A DNA stretch of 64,000 nt, from assembly GCA_002070955.1 (NCBI GenBank), contig MWEK01000005.1, forward strand, positions 82,128 to 146,127. The letters are read 5' to 3'. This DNA is from Planctomycetes bacterium ADurb.Bin069 (GTDB lineage Bacteria > Planctomycetota > UBA8108 > UBA8890 > UBA8898). Positions 17,335 to 26,100 of this stretch are shown piece after piece. The position numbers were made by a program, and so were the translations under genes. Below the pieces are notes generated by a model, which saw only the letters and a list, made by a program, of their open reading frames with translations, did not search any database and was not told where the DNA came from. Each line of letters starts with the position of its first letter. Positions within the stretch are counted from its first letter, which is position 1.

Positions 17335-18081
17335 CTATAGCCTATCGCCTCTGGCCGCCTTCCGCACGAATTCCTCGTACTGCTCCGGCGTGTCGATCCC
17401 CTCGTAGGACCGCTCCGTGAGGACGACCTTGATCTTGTAGCCGTGCTCGAGGACCCGGAGTTGCTCGAGGCGCTCGCGGCGCTCCAGCGGCGTCGGCGCC
17501 AACTCGCCCAGCCGCAGGAGGAAGTCCTTGCGATAAGCGTAGATCCCCGCGTGGTGGAGCCACTCGCAGGAACCCTCGCGCGGGTACGGCACGGGCGCCC
17601 GGGAGAAGTACAGGGCGCAGCCGCGGCAATCGGTCACGATCTTGACCAGATTGGGATTCGCGCGGCCCTCCGGGTCGCTTCGGCGCCGGGCGAGGGTCGC
17701 CATGCACAGGTCCGGTTCGGCGGCGAAGGGCGCCGCGAGGGCGCGGACGTCCTCCGGGTCGATCGAAGGCTCGTCGCCCTGCACGTTGACGACCACGTCG
17801 ACCGCGAGGTCCCGCGCCGCTTCGGCGACCCGGTCCGTGCCGCTGGGATGATCGGCCCTGGTCAGGCGCGTCTCGGCGCCGAAGGAGCGCGCCGCCGCCG
17901 CCACCTCGGGGCTGTCCGCGGCGATGATCACCGCCGCGACCTCCCCCGCGAGGGGCGCCAGCCGTTCCCAGACATGCTGGATAAGGTACTTGCCCGTGCG
18001 GTTGAGGAGCACCTTGCGGGGCAGGCGCGTCGAGGCCAGGCGGGCGGGAATGATCACGGCGACTCGCGGCGTTGCACTCAT
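17335..18081 (-). CDS. kdsB: 3-deoxy-manno-octulosonate cytidylyltransferase (CMP-Kdo synthetase)
   Basis: ORF 17335..18096(-). Start at ATG 18081 (MSATPRVAVIIPARLASTRLPRKVL). Motifs NVQGDEP, HAGIYAYR and LEQLRVLEHG. Confidence 0.9.
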   Translation of the reverse strand: MSATPRVAVIIPARLASTRLPRKVLLNRTGKYLIQHVWERLAPLAGEVAAVIIAADSPEVAAAARSFGAETRLTRADHPSGTDRVAEAARDLAVDVVVNVQGDEPSIDPEDVRALAAPFAAEPDLCMATLARRRSDPEGRANPNLVKIVTDCRGCALYFSRAPVPYPREGSCEWLHHAGIYAYRKDFLLRLGELAPTPLERRERLEQLRVLEHGYKIKVVLTERSYEGIDTPEQYEEFVRKAARGDRL

Positions 18082-18092
18082 GGCTCCGTCCC

Positions 18093-19148
18093 TCACCGGC
18101 GCGGAAACTCTCCGCGCACGACCTCCTGGTACAGCGCGATGGTGTGCTCGACCATGCGGGCCAGGGGGTACTTCTGGGTCACGAAGGCGCGGCCGCGCTC
18201 GCCCAGCTCGCGGGCGAACTCGGGCTCCGCGAGAAGCCGCGTGATGGCGCGGGCCAACCCCTCGGAATCGCCGGGCTCCACGGCCAGCGCGTTCTCCTCG
18301 GCGCGCACCAGATGGAGGAGATCGCCCGCGACGCTGGCGATGACCGGCCGGCGCGAGGCCATGGCCTCCAGGGCCGTCTTGGAGCTCGTGCCCTTCTCGG
18401 CGGGCAGGACGACGATGTCCATGGCGGCGTAGAGCTTGCGCGCCGCGGCCTGGGGCGCGGCGATGGTGACGGCCTCCCGGAGCTTGAGATCGCCGATCGC
18501 GCGGCGCAACGGTCGCTCCTCGGCGCCGTGGGCGGCGACCAGGAAGAGCGCCTCGCGCCCGGAATCGATCACCATGCGGGCGGCGCGCAGGAAAGGCTCG
18601 TGGCTCTTGCCCGCCCCGAAGCGCCCCATGCAGCCCACGACGGGCAGGCGGTGCTCGAAGCGCGGGGCGGGGATGTCGAAGGCGACCAAGTCGACGCCCC
18701 TGGCGATCAGGCGGATCTTCTCCTTGGGCACGTTGAGGCGGTTGACGAGGGTTTCGCGCAGATCCTCGTTGGCCACGATGACGCCTTGGACCTCGGACTC
18801 CTGAAGATGCGTGCCTTCGGCCTCGAGCAGATCGTGGACCGTGAGGAGATAGGTGCGCCGGAGCGCGCGGACGATTCGCCTGGCCGCCTGAAGCGCCTGC
18901 TCGCTCATCACGTGCACGACTTCCGGCTTGAACTCCCGCAGGAAGCGCAGGAGCTTGCGGAAGGAGAAAAAGTTGTGCTTGATGAGATAATTCTCCACCT
19001 TGAAGGCGTCGAGCTGACCGCGCAGCTCGCCGCCCGTCAGGGCGAACTGCAGATCGACGCGCGCCTCCTTGAGGCCGGAGGCCAGATTGAGGGCGTAATC
19101 GCTGCGCCCGTCGTAGGTCAACCGGTCGGCGATGAACAGGACTCGCAT
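18093..19148 (-). CDS. Glycosyltransferase family 1
   Basis: ORF 18093..19148(-), starting MRVLFIADRL. The C-terminal half with GTSSKTALEAMASRRPVIAS is GT1-like. Confidence 0.8.
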   Translation of the reverse strand: MRVLFIADRLTYDGRSDYALNLASGLKEARVDLQFALTGGELRGQLDAFKVENYLIKHNFFSFRKLLRFLREFKPEVVHVMSEQALQAARRIVRALRRTYLLTVHDLLEAEGTHLQESEVQGVIVANEDLRETLVNRLNVPKEKIRLIARGVDLVAFDIPAPRFEHRLPVVGCMGRFGAGKSHEPFLRAARMVIDSGREALFLVAAHGAEERPLRRAIGDLKLREAVTIAAPQAAARKLYAAMDIVVLPAEKGTSSKTALEAMASRRPVIASVAGDLLHLVRAEENALAVEPGDSEGLARAITRLLAEPEFARELGERGRAFVTQKYPLARMVEHTIALYQEVVRGEFPRR

Positions 19149-19264
19149 GACCGAGACAGAGTACCAGAAACGCGGCGGGATAGACAGATCGCGCGGGGCG
19201 TGAATCGCGGGCGCGCAGCCCTTACAATGGCCCTGCGCGGCCGGCGCGGCGGAGGCGCGCGATC

Positions 19265-19951
19265 ATGGAGCGAAAACAGGCCATCGTTCTCTTGAGCGGC
19301 GGGATCGACTCGGCGACCTGCGCGGCGCTGGCCCTGCGGGAGGGCTTCGCCGTGACCGCGCTCACCTTCGCCTACGGGCAGCGGCACGCGGTGGAGGTGG
19401 GGCGGGCGCGCGAAATCGGCCGCGCGCTCGGCGTGGCCGCCCACCGGGTGATCGCCATTGACCTGGCGTCGATGGGCGGCTCGGTGCTCACGGGCCCGGG
19501 CGCGGTGCCGCGCGACCGCGGCGACCCCGCCGCGGGCCCCGTGCCGCCGACCTACGTGCCGGCGCGCAACACGGTTTTCCTGGCCTACGCCCTCGCTTGG
19601 GCGGAAGCCGGCGGAGCCTCGGACATCTTCATCGGCGTCAACCATGTGGACTGGAGCGGATATCCCGACTGCCGGCCCGAGTTCATCGAAAGCATGCAGC
19701 GCGTGGCGGAGACCGGCACGCGGGCGGGCGCCGAGGGGCGCGCGCCCGCGATTCGCGCGCCCCTCCTCGCCATGCGCAAGGCCGAGATCATCCGCCTGGC
19801 GCGGTCGCTGGGGGTGGATCTGGGACGCACGCTGAGCTGCTACGATGCCGATGCCGAGGGGCGCGCCTGCGGCCGCTGCGACAGTTGCGTCCTCAGGCGG
19901 CGGGGATTCGCGGAGGCGGGGGCGGAGGATCCGACGCCCTATCGCCCGTGA
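19265..19951 (+). CDS. queC: 7-cyano-7-deazaguanine synthase
   Basis: ORF 19265..19951(+). Has the SGGIDS PP-loop, YGQRH, and the C-terminal Zn cluster CGRCDSCVLRRRGF. Confidence 0.9.
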   Translation: MERKQAIVLLSGGIDSATCAALALREGFAVTALTFAYGQRHAVEVGRAREIGRALGVAAHRVIAIDLASMGGSVLTGPGAVPRDRGDPAAGPVPPTYVPARNTVFLAYALAWAEAGGASDIFIGVNHVDWSGYPDCRPEFIESMQRVAETGTRAGAEGRAPAIRAPLLAMRKAEIIRLARSLGVDLGRTLSCYDADAEGRACGRCDSCVLRRRGFAEAGAEDPTPYRP

Positions 19952-19965
19952 GAGCGAGGGATGGT

Positions 19966-20919
19966 ATGCGGGTGTGCATCACCGGCGCGGCCGGGTTCAT
20001 CGGCTCGTGGACGGCTCGGGCGCTGCTGGCCCGGGGCGACGAGGTCATCGGCATCGACAACTTCGATCCGTACTACGATCGCGCCCACAAGGAGCGCAAC
20101 CTTGCCGAGTTGCGCAGCCAGGGACGGTTCGCCTTCGCGGAGACCGACATCCGCGCGCCCGAGACGGCGGCGCTGGTGGCGCACTGCCGGCCCGATGTCC
20201 TGGTGCACCTGGCGGCGCGGCCGGGCGTCCGCGCGTCGCTGGAGGACCCGGCGGCGGCGGCGGATATCAATGTGCGCGGCCTGGCGGTGATGCTGGAGGC
20301 GGCGCGCGCGGCGGGTGTGCCGCATTTCGTGTTCGCGTCCTCCTCGTCGGTGTACGGCGAGCGGCCGCAAGGTCCCTTCAAGGAGACCGATCGGGTGGAT
20401 CATCCCGTCTCGCCTTACGCGGCGACGAAGAAGGCGGGCGAGCTTCTGTGCCACAGCTTCGCGCACGCCTTCGGGACCAGCGTCGTGGCGTTGCGCTTCT
20501 TCACCGTGTACGGACCCCGCCAGCGGCCCGAGATGGCCATCGCCGCCTTCGCGCGGGCGCTGGCGGCGGGCGCGCCCCTGAAGGTGCTGGGCGACGGATC
20601 GGCGCGGCGCGACTTCACGTACATCGACGACGTCGTCGACGGCGTCGTGCGCGCCATCGATCGGCCCGGAGGCTGCCGGATCTACAACCTTGGCCGCGGC
20701 GAGACGGTCACGGTCATGGAGACGATCAGGGCTCTCGAGGAGACCATGGGGAGGAAGGCCGTCCTCGAGTTCGGCCCCGGCTCGCGCGGCGATGTGTCGC
20801 TGACGTCGGCGGACATCGCGCGCGCCCGCCACGAGCTCGGCTACGCGCCGCGAGTGTCGCTTCGCGAGGGCGTGGCCAGGTATGTCGCGTGGCTGCGGGC
20901 GCAGGGGGAGCGCGCCTAG
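19966..20919 (+). CDS. NAD-dependent sugar-nucleotide epimerase/dehydratase (SDR; UDP-glucuronate 4-epimerase-like)
   Basis: In-frame part of ORF 19597..20919(+). Start at ATG 19966 (MRVCITGAAGFIGS). Contains SSSSVYG and the YAATKKAGE YxxxK catalytic motif. Confidence 0.85.
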   Translation: MRVCITGAAGFIGSWTARALLARGDEVIGIDNFDPYYDRAHKERNLAELRSQGRFAFAETDIRAPETAALVAHCRPDVLVHLAARPGVRASLEDPAAAADINVRGLAVMLEAARAAGVPHFVFASSSSVYGERPQGPFKETDRVDHPVSPYAATKKAGELLCHSFAHAFGTSVVALRFFTVYGPRQRPEMAIAAFARALAAGAPLKVLGDGSARRDFTYIDDVVDGVVRAIDRPGGCRIYNLGRGETVTVMETIRALEETMGRKAVLEFGPGSRGDVSLTSADIARARHELGYAPRVSLREGVARYVAWLRAQGERA

Positions 20920-20928
20920 CGCGGCGGG

Positions 20929-23064
20929 TCACTCCTCGGGATGCTGCAGCCGGTAGAGCCGGTAGTAGGTTCCCTCGCGGGCCAGAAGCTCCTCGTGCGT
21001 GCCGGTCTCGGCGATGCGGCCGTTCTCGATGACGATGATCCGGTCGGCGCAGTTGAGCGTCGAGAGCCGGTGCGCGATCAGGAAGGTCAGGCGGTTCTCC
21101 ATGAGGTGGGCGAGCGCCTCCTGGACGAGTTTCTCCGATTCGCTGTCCAGGGCCGAGGTCGCCTCGTCGAGAATCAGGATGGGCGCGTTCTTCAGGAGCG
21201 CGCGGGCGATGGTCATGCGCTGGCGTTCGCCGCCGGAGAGCTTGGCGCCGCGCTCCCCGATCTCCGTGTCGTAGCCCTGGGGCAGGGCCGCGATGACGTC
21301 GTGAATGTTGGCCTTCCGGGCCGCGGCGACGATCTCGTCCAGCGTGGCGTTCCTGCGGCCGTACCTCAGGTTCTCCATGACCGTGGTGTTGAAGAGGAAG
21401 GGTTCCTGGCCCACGATGGCGATCTGGGCGAGCAGCGACTGCTGCGTGATCTTGCGCGTGTCGATCCCGTCCAGGAGAATCGCGCCCTGCTGGGGCTCGT
21501 AGAAGCGCGGGATGAGATCGACCAGCGTGGTCTTGCCGGCGCCGCTCGGGCCCGCGATGCCGATGACCTCGCCGACGGCGGCCGCGAGGGAGATGTTCCG
21601 CAGCACCGGCTCGCGGCCGGCGACCGAACGGTAAGCGAAGGAGACATCGCGGAACTCGATGCCGCTCCGGACGCGGTCGATGGCGATGGCGCCGGGGGCG
21701 TCGCAGACGTCGGGTACGCGGTCGATGACCTCGAAGACGCGCTCGGCGCCCGCGAGCGTCTCCGCCAGGTGGCCGTAGGCGCGCGTGACGCTCTTCAGCG
21801 GCCGGTAGGTGGAGAACAGCGCGCCCAGGAAGATGCCCAGGTCCCCCAGGCCGTGGGTCTGGCGCGTGATGAGGTAGCCGACGGCGAGCACCGCCGCCGC
21901 GACGCCGATATTGTAAAGGATCTCCAACATGCTCCGGCTCGTGATCTTGGCCTTCTCCATCTTCATGGCCAGGCGGATGTACTTGGCGTTCTCCTTGGCG
22001 AAGTTGCGCTGCTCCTCCTCTTCCATGTTGAAGGCCTTGAGGATGCGGATGCCCGTGTAGAGCTGGTGGATCTCCTCGGTGACGATGCCGAGCTGCCGCA
22101 TGCGTCCCCGGCCGTGCTTCTTGACCTTGCGGCCCGCCCGCCACACCGGGTAGAAGATCACGGCCAGGAAAGGCAGGCTTATGAGCGTCAGGGCGGGATG
22201 GACGGCGAAAGCCACCGCCAAGCTGAAGACGATGGTGAAAGGCTCCTCGATGAAGTTCTCGAACATGAACCTGAGGAACTCCTGGAGCACCGCCGTGTCG
22301 TGCATGGAGCGGCTGATCAGATCGCCGCTTTTCTGACGGTCGAAGAAAGCCACCGATTGCCGGCTCAGGTGGGCGTAGACCTCCTCGCGAATATCGGCGG
22401 TGATGCGCAGGTAGACCTTGCGCGAGAAGTAGTCCTTGGCGAAGTTCGCGGCCCCGATGCCGAGGGCCAGGATCAGCGCGATGACGCAGAAGGCCTTGAT
22501 GTATTCGAGGCGCTCCTCGTTCGTGAGCGTGTCGCCGGTGGACCAGTTCACCTCGCCGCTCGTGAAACGCCAGCGCCCGCCGCCCAGGTCCTGGGCGGAC
22601 CGGGGGTCGACGACTTCCATGCGGCTGAAGGGCCGGTCGCGCCCGCCGTCGCCGCGCTCGGCCGCCGGGCCGGGGCCGGTTTCGATCCATAGATCGCGCA
22701 GCGTGCCGCCGGCGCACTCGTAGGAAGTCTTGCCCGGTCCGCGGGAGAAAGCGCCATCGGCGATGAGCTCGATGAAACGGTCGCACTTGCGGTACGATCT
22801 GGCGACGCGCACGTCGGCGCCGAGGAACTCGCTCGCCGCTTGGTAGGCGCGCAGCGCCACGCTTTTTTGGCTTCCGCCGAAGTCGGAGAGCAAGACGCCA
22901 TCGACGAGGAGCCCGATGAGACCCAAGCGCAACGTCAGGCAGGCCGTGTAGCAGGCCGTCAGGGCCATGACCATGACGATGCGCCACATGTAAGGGACCG
23001 CATAGGCGAAGATGCGCCTGATGGTTCTCAGGGTCTGCATGGGGGGGGACGGCGTTTTAGTCAC
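20929..23064 (-). CDS. ABC exporter, fused permease/ATPase (MsbA-like) with enlarged first extracytoplasmic loop
   Basis: ORF 20929..23064(-), GTG start with GGAGG 5 nt upstream. Walker A GPSGAGKTT, signature LSGGERQ, Walker B ILILDEATSALD, H-loop IAHRLST. Confidence 0.85.
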   Translation of the reverse strand: MTKTPSPPMQTLRTIRRIFAYAVPYMWRIVMVMALTACYTACLTLRLGLIGLLVDGVLLSDFGGSQKSVALRAYQAASEFLGADVRVARSYRKCDRFIELIADGAFSRGPGKTSYECAGGTLRDLWIETGPGPAAERGDGGRDRPFSRMEVVDPRSAQDLGGGRWRFTSGEVNWSTGDTLTNEERLEYIKAFCVIALILALGIGAANFAKDYFSRKVYLRITADIREEVYAHLSRQSVAFFDRQKSGDLISRSMHDTAVLQEFLRFMFENFIEEPFTIVFSLAVAFAVHPALTLISLPFLAVIFYPVWRAGRKVKKHGRGRMRQLGIVTEEIHQLYTGIRILKAFNMEEEEQRNFAKENAKYIRLAMKMEKAKITSRSMLEILYNIGVAAAVLAVGYLITRQTHGLGDLGIFLGALFSTYRPLKSVTRAYGHLAETLAGAERVFEVIDRVPDVCDAPGAIAIDRVRSGIEFRDVSFAYRSVAGREPVLRNISLAAAVGEVIGIAGPSGAGKTTLVDLIPRFYEPQQGAILLDGIDTRKITQQSLLAQIAIVGQEPFLFNTTVMENLRYGRRNATLDEIVAAARKANIHDVIAALPQGYDTEIGERGAKLSGGERQRMTIARALLKNAPILILDEATSALDSESEKLVQEALAHLMENRLTFLIAHRLSTLNCADRIIVIENGRIAETGTHEELLAREGTYYRLYRLQHPEE

Positions 23065-23161
23065 ATGCCTCCGCGCTCACACCGGATCGGTCCCGCCTCC
23101 GGCGGGCGGGTCTTGCGAGCCCGCCATCGTATCCGTCCCGCGCGGGAAGACAAGGCGTCGC

Positions 23162-26100
23162 TCAGAGAAAGGCTTCCTTGCGCAGCTCGTGCTTCCGGAT
23201 GAGCTGCGAGAGCTGCGGCCGGTGAATGCCGAGCGCCTCCGCCGCCCGCGTGATGTTCCCCTTCGCGTGCCGCAGCGTCCGCATGATGATGTGCTTCTCG
23301 AGGATCTGCTTGGCATCGCGCAGACTTACCTCGCACCCGGCCAGATCCTGAATTTCGTCGGCCAGCCCCGCGGCCGGGTTCAGGGCGTGCTTCAGGTGCT
23401 GGAGCAGCTCGCGCGGGTTCCCCGCCGGATCTTCCGGCCGGTACCACAGGTGCTGCTTGAGCGGCAGGAGCCGGCGCAAGCCCGCCAGAAGCGAGTTTAC
23501 GGAGGCCTCGGTCTCCTTGGGCGTGGCATCGACCCTGAGCAGCGCGACGAGGGTGCTGTCGCCGAGGACGCCGGCGGGGATGTCGCGGCCGAGGGCGTAC
23601 TGAAGGTTCCGCGCGTGGTGCGGAGCCAGGTCGCCCAGCGGGAACGGCAGGCGCAGGCCCAGGAGCGCGAAGGGCTTCCCGCCGCGGGCCTCCTGGGCCT
23701 GGGCCTCTCGGACGACCTGCGTGAAGTAAGGCTCCACGAGAAACGGCGTGCCGGGCCAGGTCGTGGCCGTCAGGAACGTCCGGCGGTTGCGCCACGCCGC
23801 GCCGGCGTGGATCTGGAACTGCTCCAGGATCTCGCGCGTCCAGGGCGGGAAGCCGCCGTCGCCGTCGATCGTCTGGTCGCCGTACAGGACGCCCATGACT
23901 TCCGTGCCGTTCATGATGGGCAGCAGCACGGCCTCGCGGTCCCTGAACTCGGCCAGCGCGGCGCGGCTTCCGAACTTCTCCTCCTCTTCCTTGCCGGTGG
24001 TGATGAACACGGTGCGGCGTCTGAGCGCCTCGTTGACCAGAATCTCCGCGTAGCTCAGCCGGCCCGTGAGCGTCTCGGGCCGCAGGCCCCGATAGGCGAC
24101 GTACTGCCAGCCCGTCGCCGTGGTCTCGGCGAGGAAGCCGCGGTCGGCCTTCACGAGGTCGAGCCCCAGACCGAGCATCTGCACGTAGAAGTTCGCGTGC
24201 GTCGTCGCCGCGGCCAGGTGCCCGACCTTCGAGAGCAGGTCTTGGTAGGCGGCGGGGTTGAGGGACTCGGAACGGCCGTCGTTCGTCTTCTCGCGGCCGG
24301 CGGAGGACGGGGCGCGGGCCCCGAATTCGCGCCGCAGCCGGTCGTAGTCCTCTTTGAAGAGCTTGCGGCGCTTGTCCGCCCAGAAGCGGAGGGCCTCTTC
24401 CTCCGTCAAGCTCGCCGCGACACGGTCGAGGATGTCGCCGGCCTTGCGGTACCAGCGCTCGGCTTCCTCGTGGCTTTGCTCGAAGTGGTAGGCCTTGCCC
24501 AGGGAGTAGAGGATCTCGAAATGCAGGCCCACATCGGCCACCGAGCGCGCGATCTCGAGCGCGCGGTCGAGGTACTCGCGCCACTTGCCGGGGACGCCGG
24601 TCTCGGAGAGGCGGTACACGAAGCCTTTGATCTGGAGCGCGCGGGCCTGGAGCAGCGGCGCGCGCAGCTCATCGGCGCTGGCCTGGGCCTTGCCCGCCGC
24701 CTTCAGCGCCTCGTCGAAAAGCTCGCGGTCGTAGTAGGTGTAGGCGAGGTCGAGCCGCGCATCGGTTTCCTCGTACTTCATGCCCAGGCCGGCGAACAGG
24801 TCGCTCGCCTTCTGCAGGTGCTTGGCGGCCTCGTCCCACTCCCGGTGTAACGTCGCGATGGCGCCCGCGAGCTGCTCGCTGCGGGCCTCGAAGACGCGCA
24901 GCTTGAACTCCTGGGCCAGGATTTGCACTTGGCGGAGATAGGCCTCGGCCTGCCTGATGTCGCCGAGGAAGAAGTGGGTCTCGCCCAGCGCCATGAAGGC
25001 GGAGACGAGATCCGCGGTGCGGCCGCTTTTCTCGGCGACGCCGATCGCGCTCCGGTAGCACGCAACCGCGTCGCCGATGCCTCCCAGGCTGCGGTAGGCA
25101 TTGCCGGCGTTGATGAGATCGCGGCCGAGGCCGCCCCAGTCTCCGAGCAGTTCGTTGGCCTCGGCGGCCTTGCGCTGCTCCTCGATGGCCTTGGCGAAGT
25201 TGCCGCTGCGCGAGTATACCTCGCCCAGCGCCGCGTAGGAGGCCGCCATGCCCGGGAAGTCGCGGGCGGCGCGCTTGGCATCGAGGGATCGATAGATGTA
25301 GCGCGCGGCGCGGAAGTGGTTGCCCTGGGCGAGATACAGGGCGCCGAGTTCATCGAGGATCGTCCGGGCCGCGTACTCGCCCGCCGCCTGCTCGACGGTC
25401 TCGAGCGCCTGGAGCAGGCTCTCGATGGCCAGGGCGTAGGCTCCTCGCGCGCGGTAGATGCGCGCCAGGAGCTGCCGGAGGTCGGCGCGGGCCATGGCCG
25501 CGTCTTCTCCCTTCGCGTAGCTCAGGCCGCGGAGGCAGTAGTTCAGCGCCTTCTTGGAGTCGTTCCGGTCCAGGTGCACGACGGCGATCGTTTCCCAGAG
25601 GCGCGCCAGGCTCTGTTCGGGGAGCTTTTTGGCGAAGCCCCTGGCCGCCATGCGGAGCGCCTTCGAGTGCCGGCCGGCGGCCATGTAGAGGCGGGCCAAC
25701 CGTCCGTAGAGTTCGGCTCTCTTTTCGTCGCCCAGCGACGGGTCGCCGGGTTCGAAAAGCAGCATCTTGAGATTGCGCTTGGCCGCCTCGGTGCGGCCGA
25801 TATGTTCTTCGATGGCGATGATCTTGCCGGTGACTTCCGCCGGGGTCACGTCGCACGGCGGCGCGGTGCGCAGGATGCCGAGCAGGTTGTATAGGACGAC
25901 CAGCGCGCGTTGAAACGCGAAGTGCCGCGCCAGGAACTCGGCGGCGCGCAGCCCGGGGGTGATGGCCGCGTGCGGGGTGCCGCCGCTCACGAGGTGCTGG
26001 CACAGGGCGTAGGAGAGGCTCGGGTGATCCCGGGGGCCTTCGGCGGCGATGCTCGCGGCGATGCGATCGTGCCAGAGGGCGCGCTCGGAGGGCGTCAGGA

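Noticed and set aside
19149-19264. preQ1 riboswitch upstream of queC
   Set aside because: The 116-bp divergent region shows no sequence I recognise as a preQ1-I/II riboswitch consensus (as recalled) and is too GC-rich and short after allowing for two promoters.
20726-22987. 753-aa minus ORF and 583-aa plus ORF (20941..22692) overlapping the ABC transporter
   Set aside because: They are off-frame and antisense shadows. Only frame 20929..23064(-) carries the Walker A, signature, Walker B and H-loop motifs.
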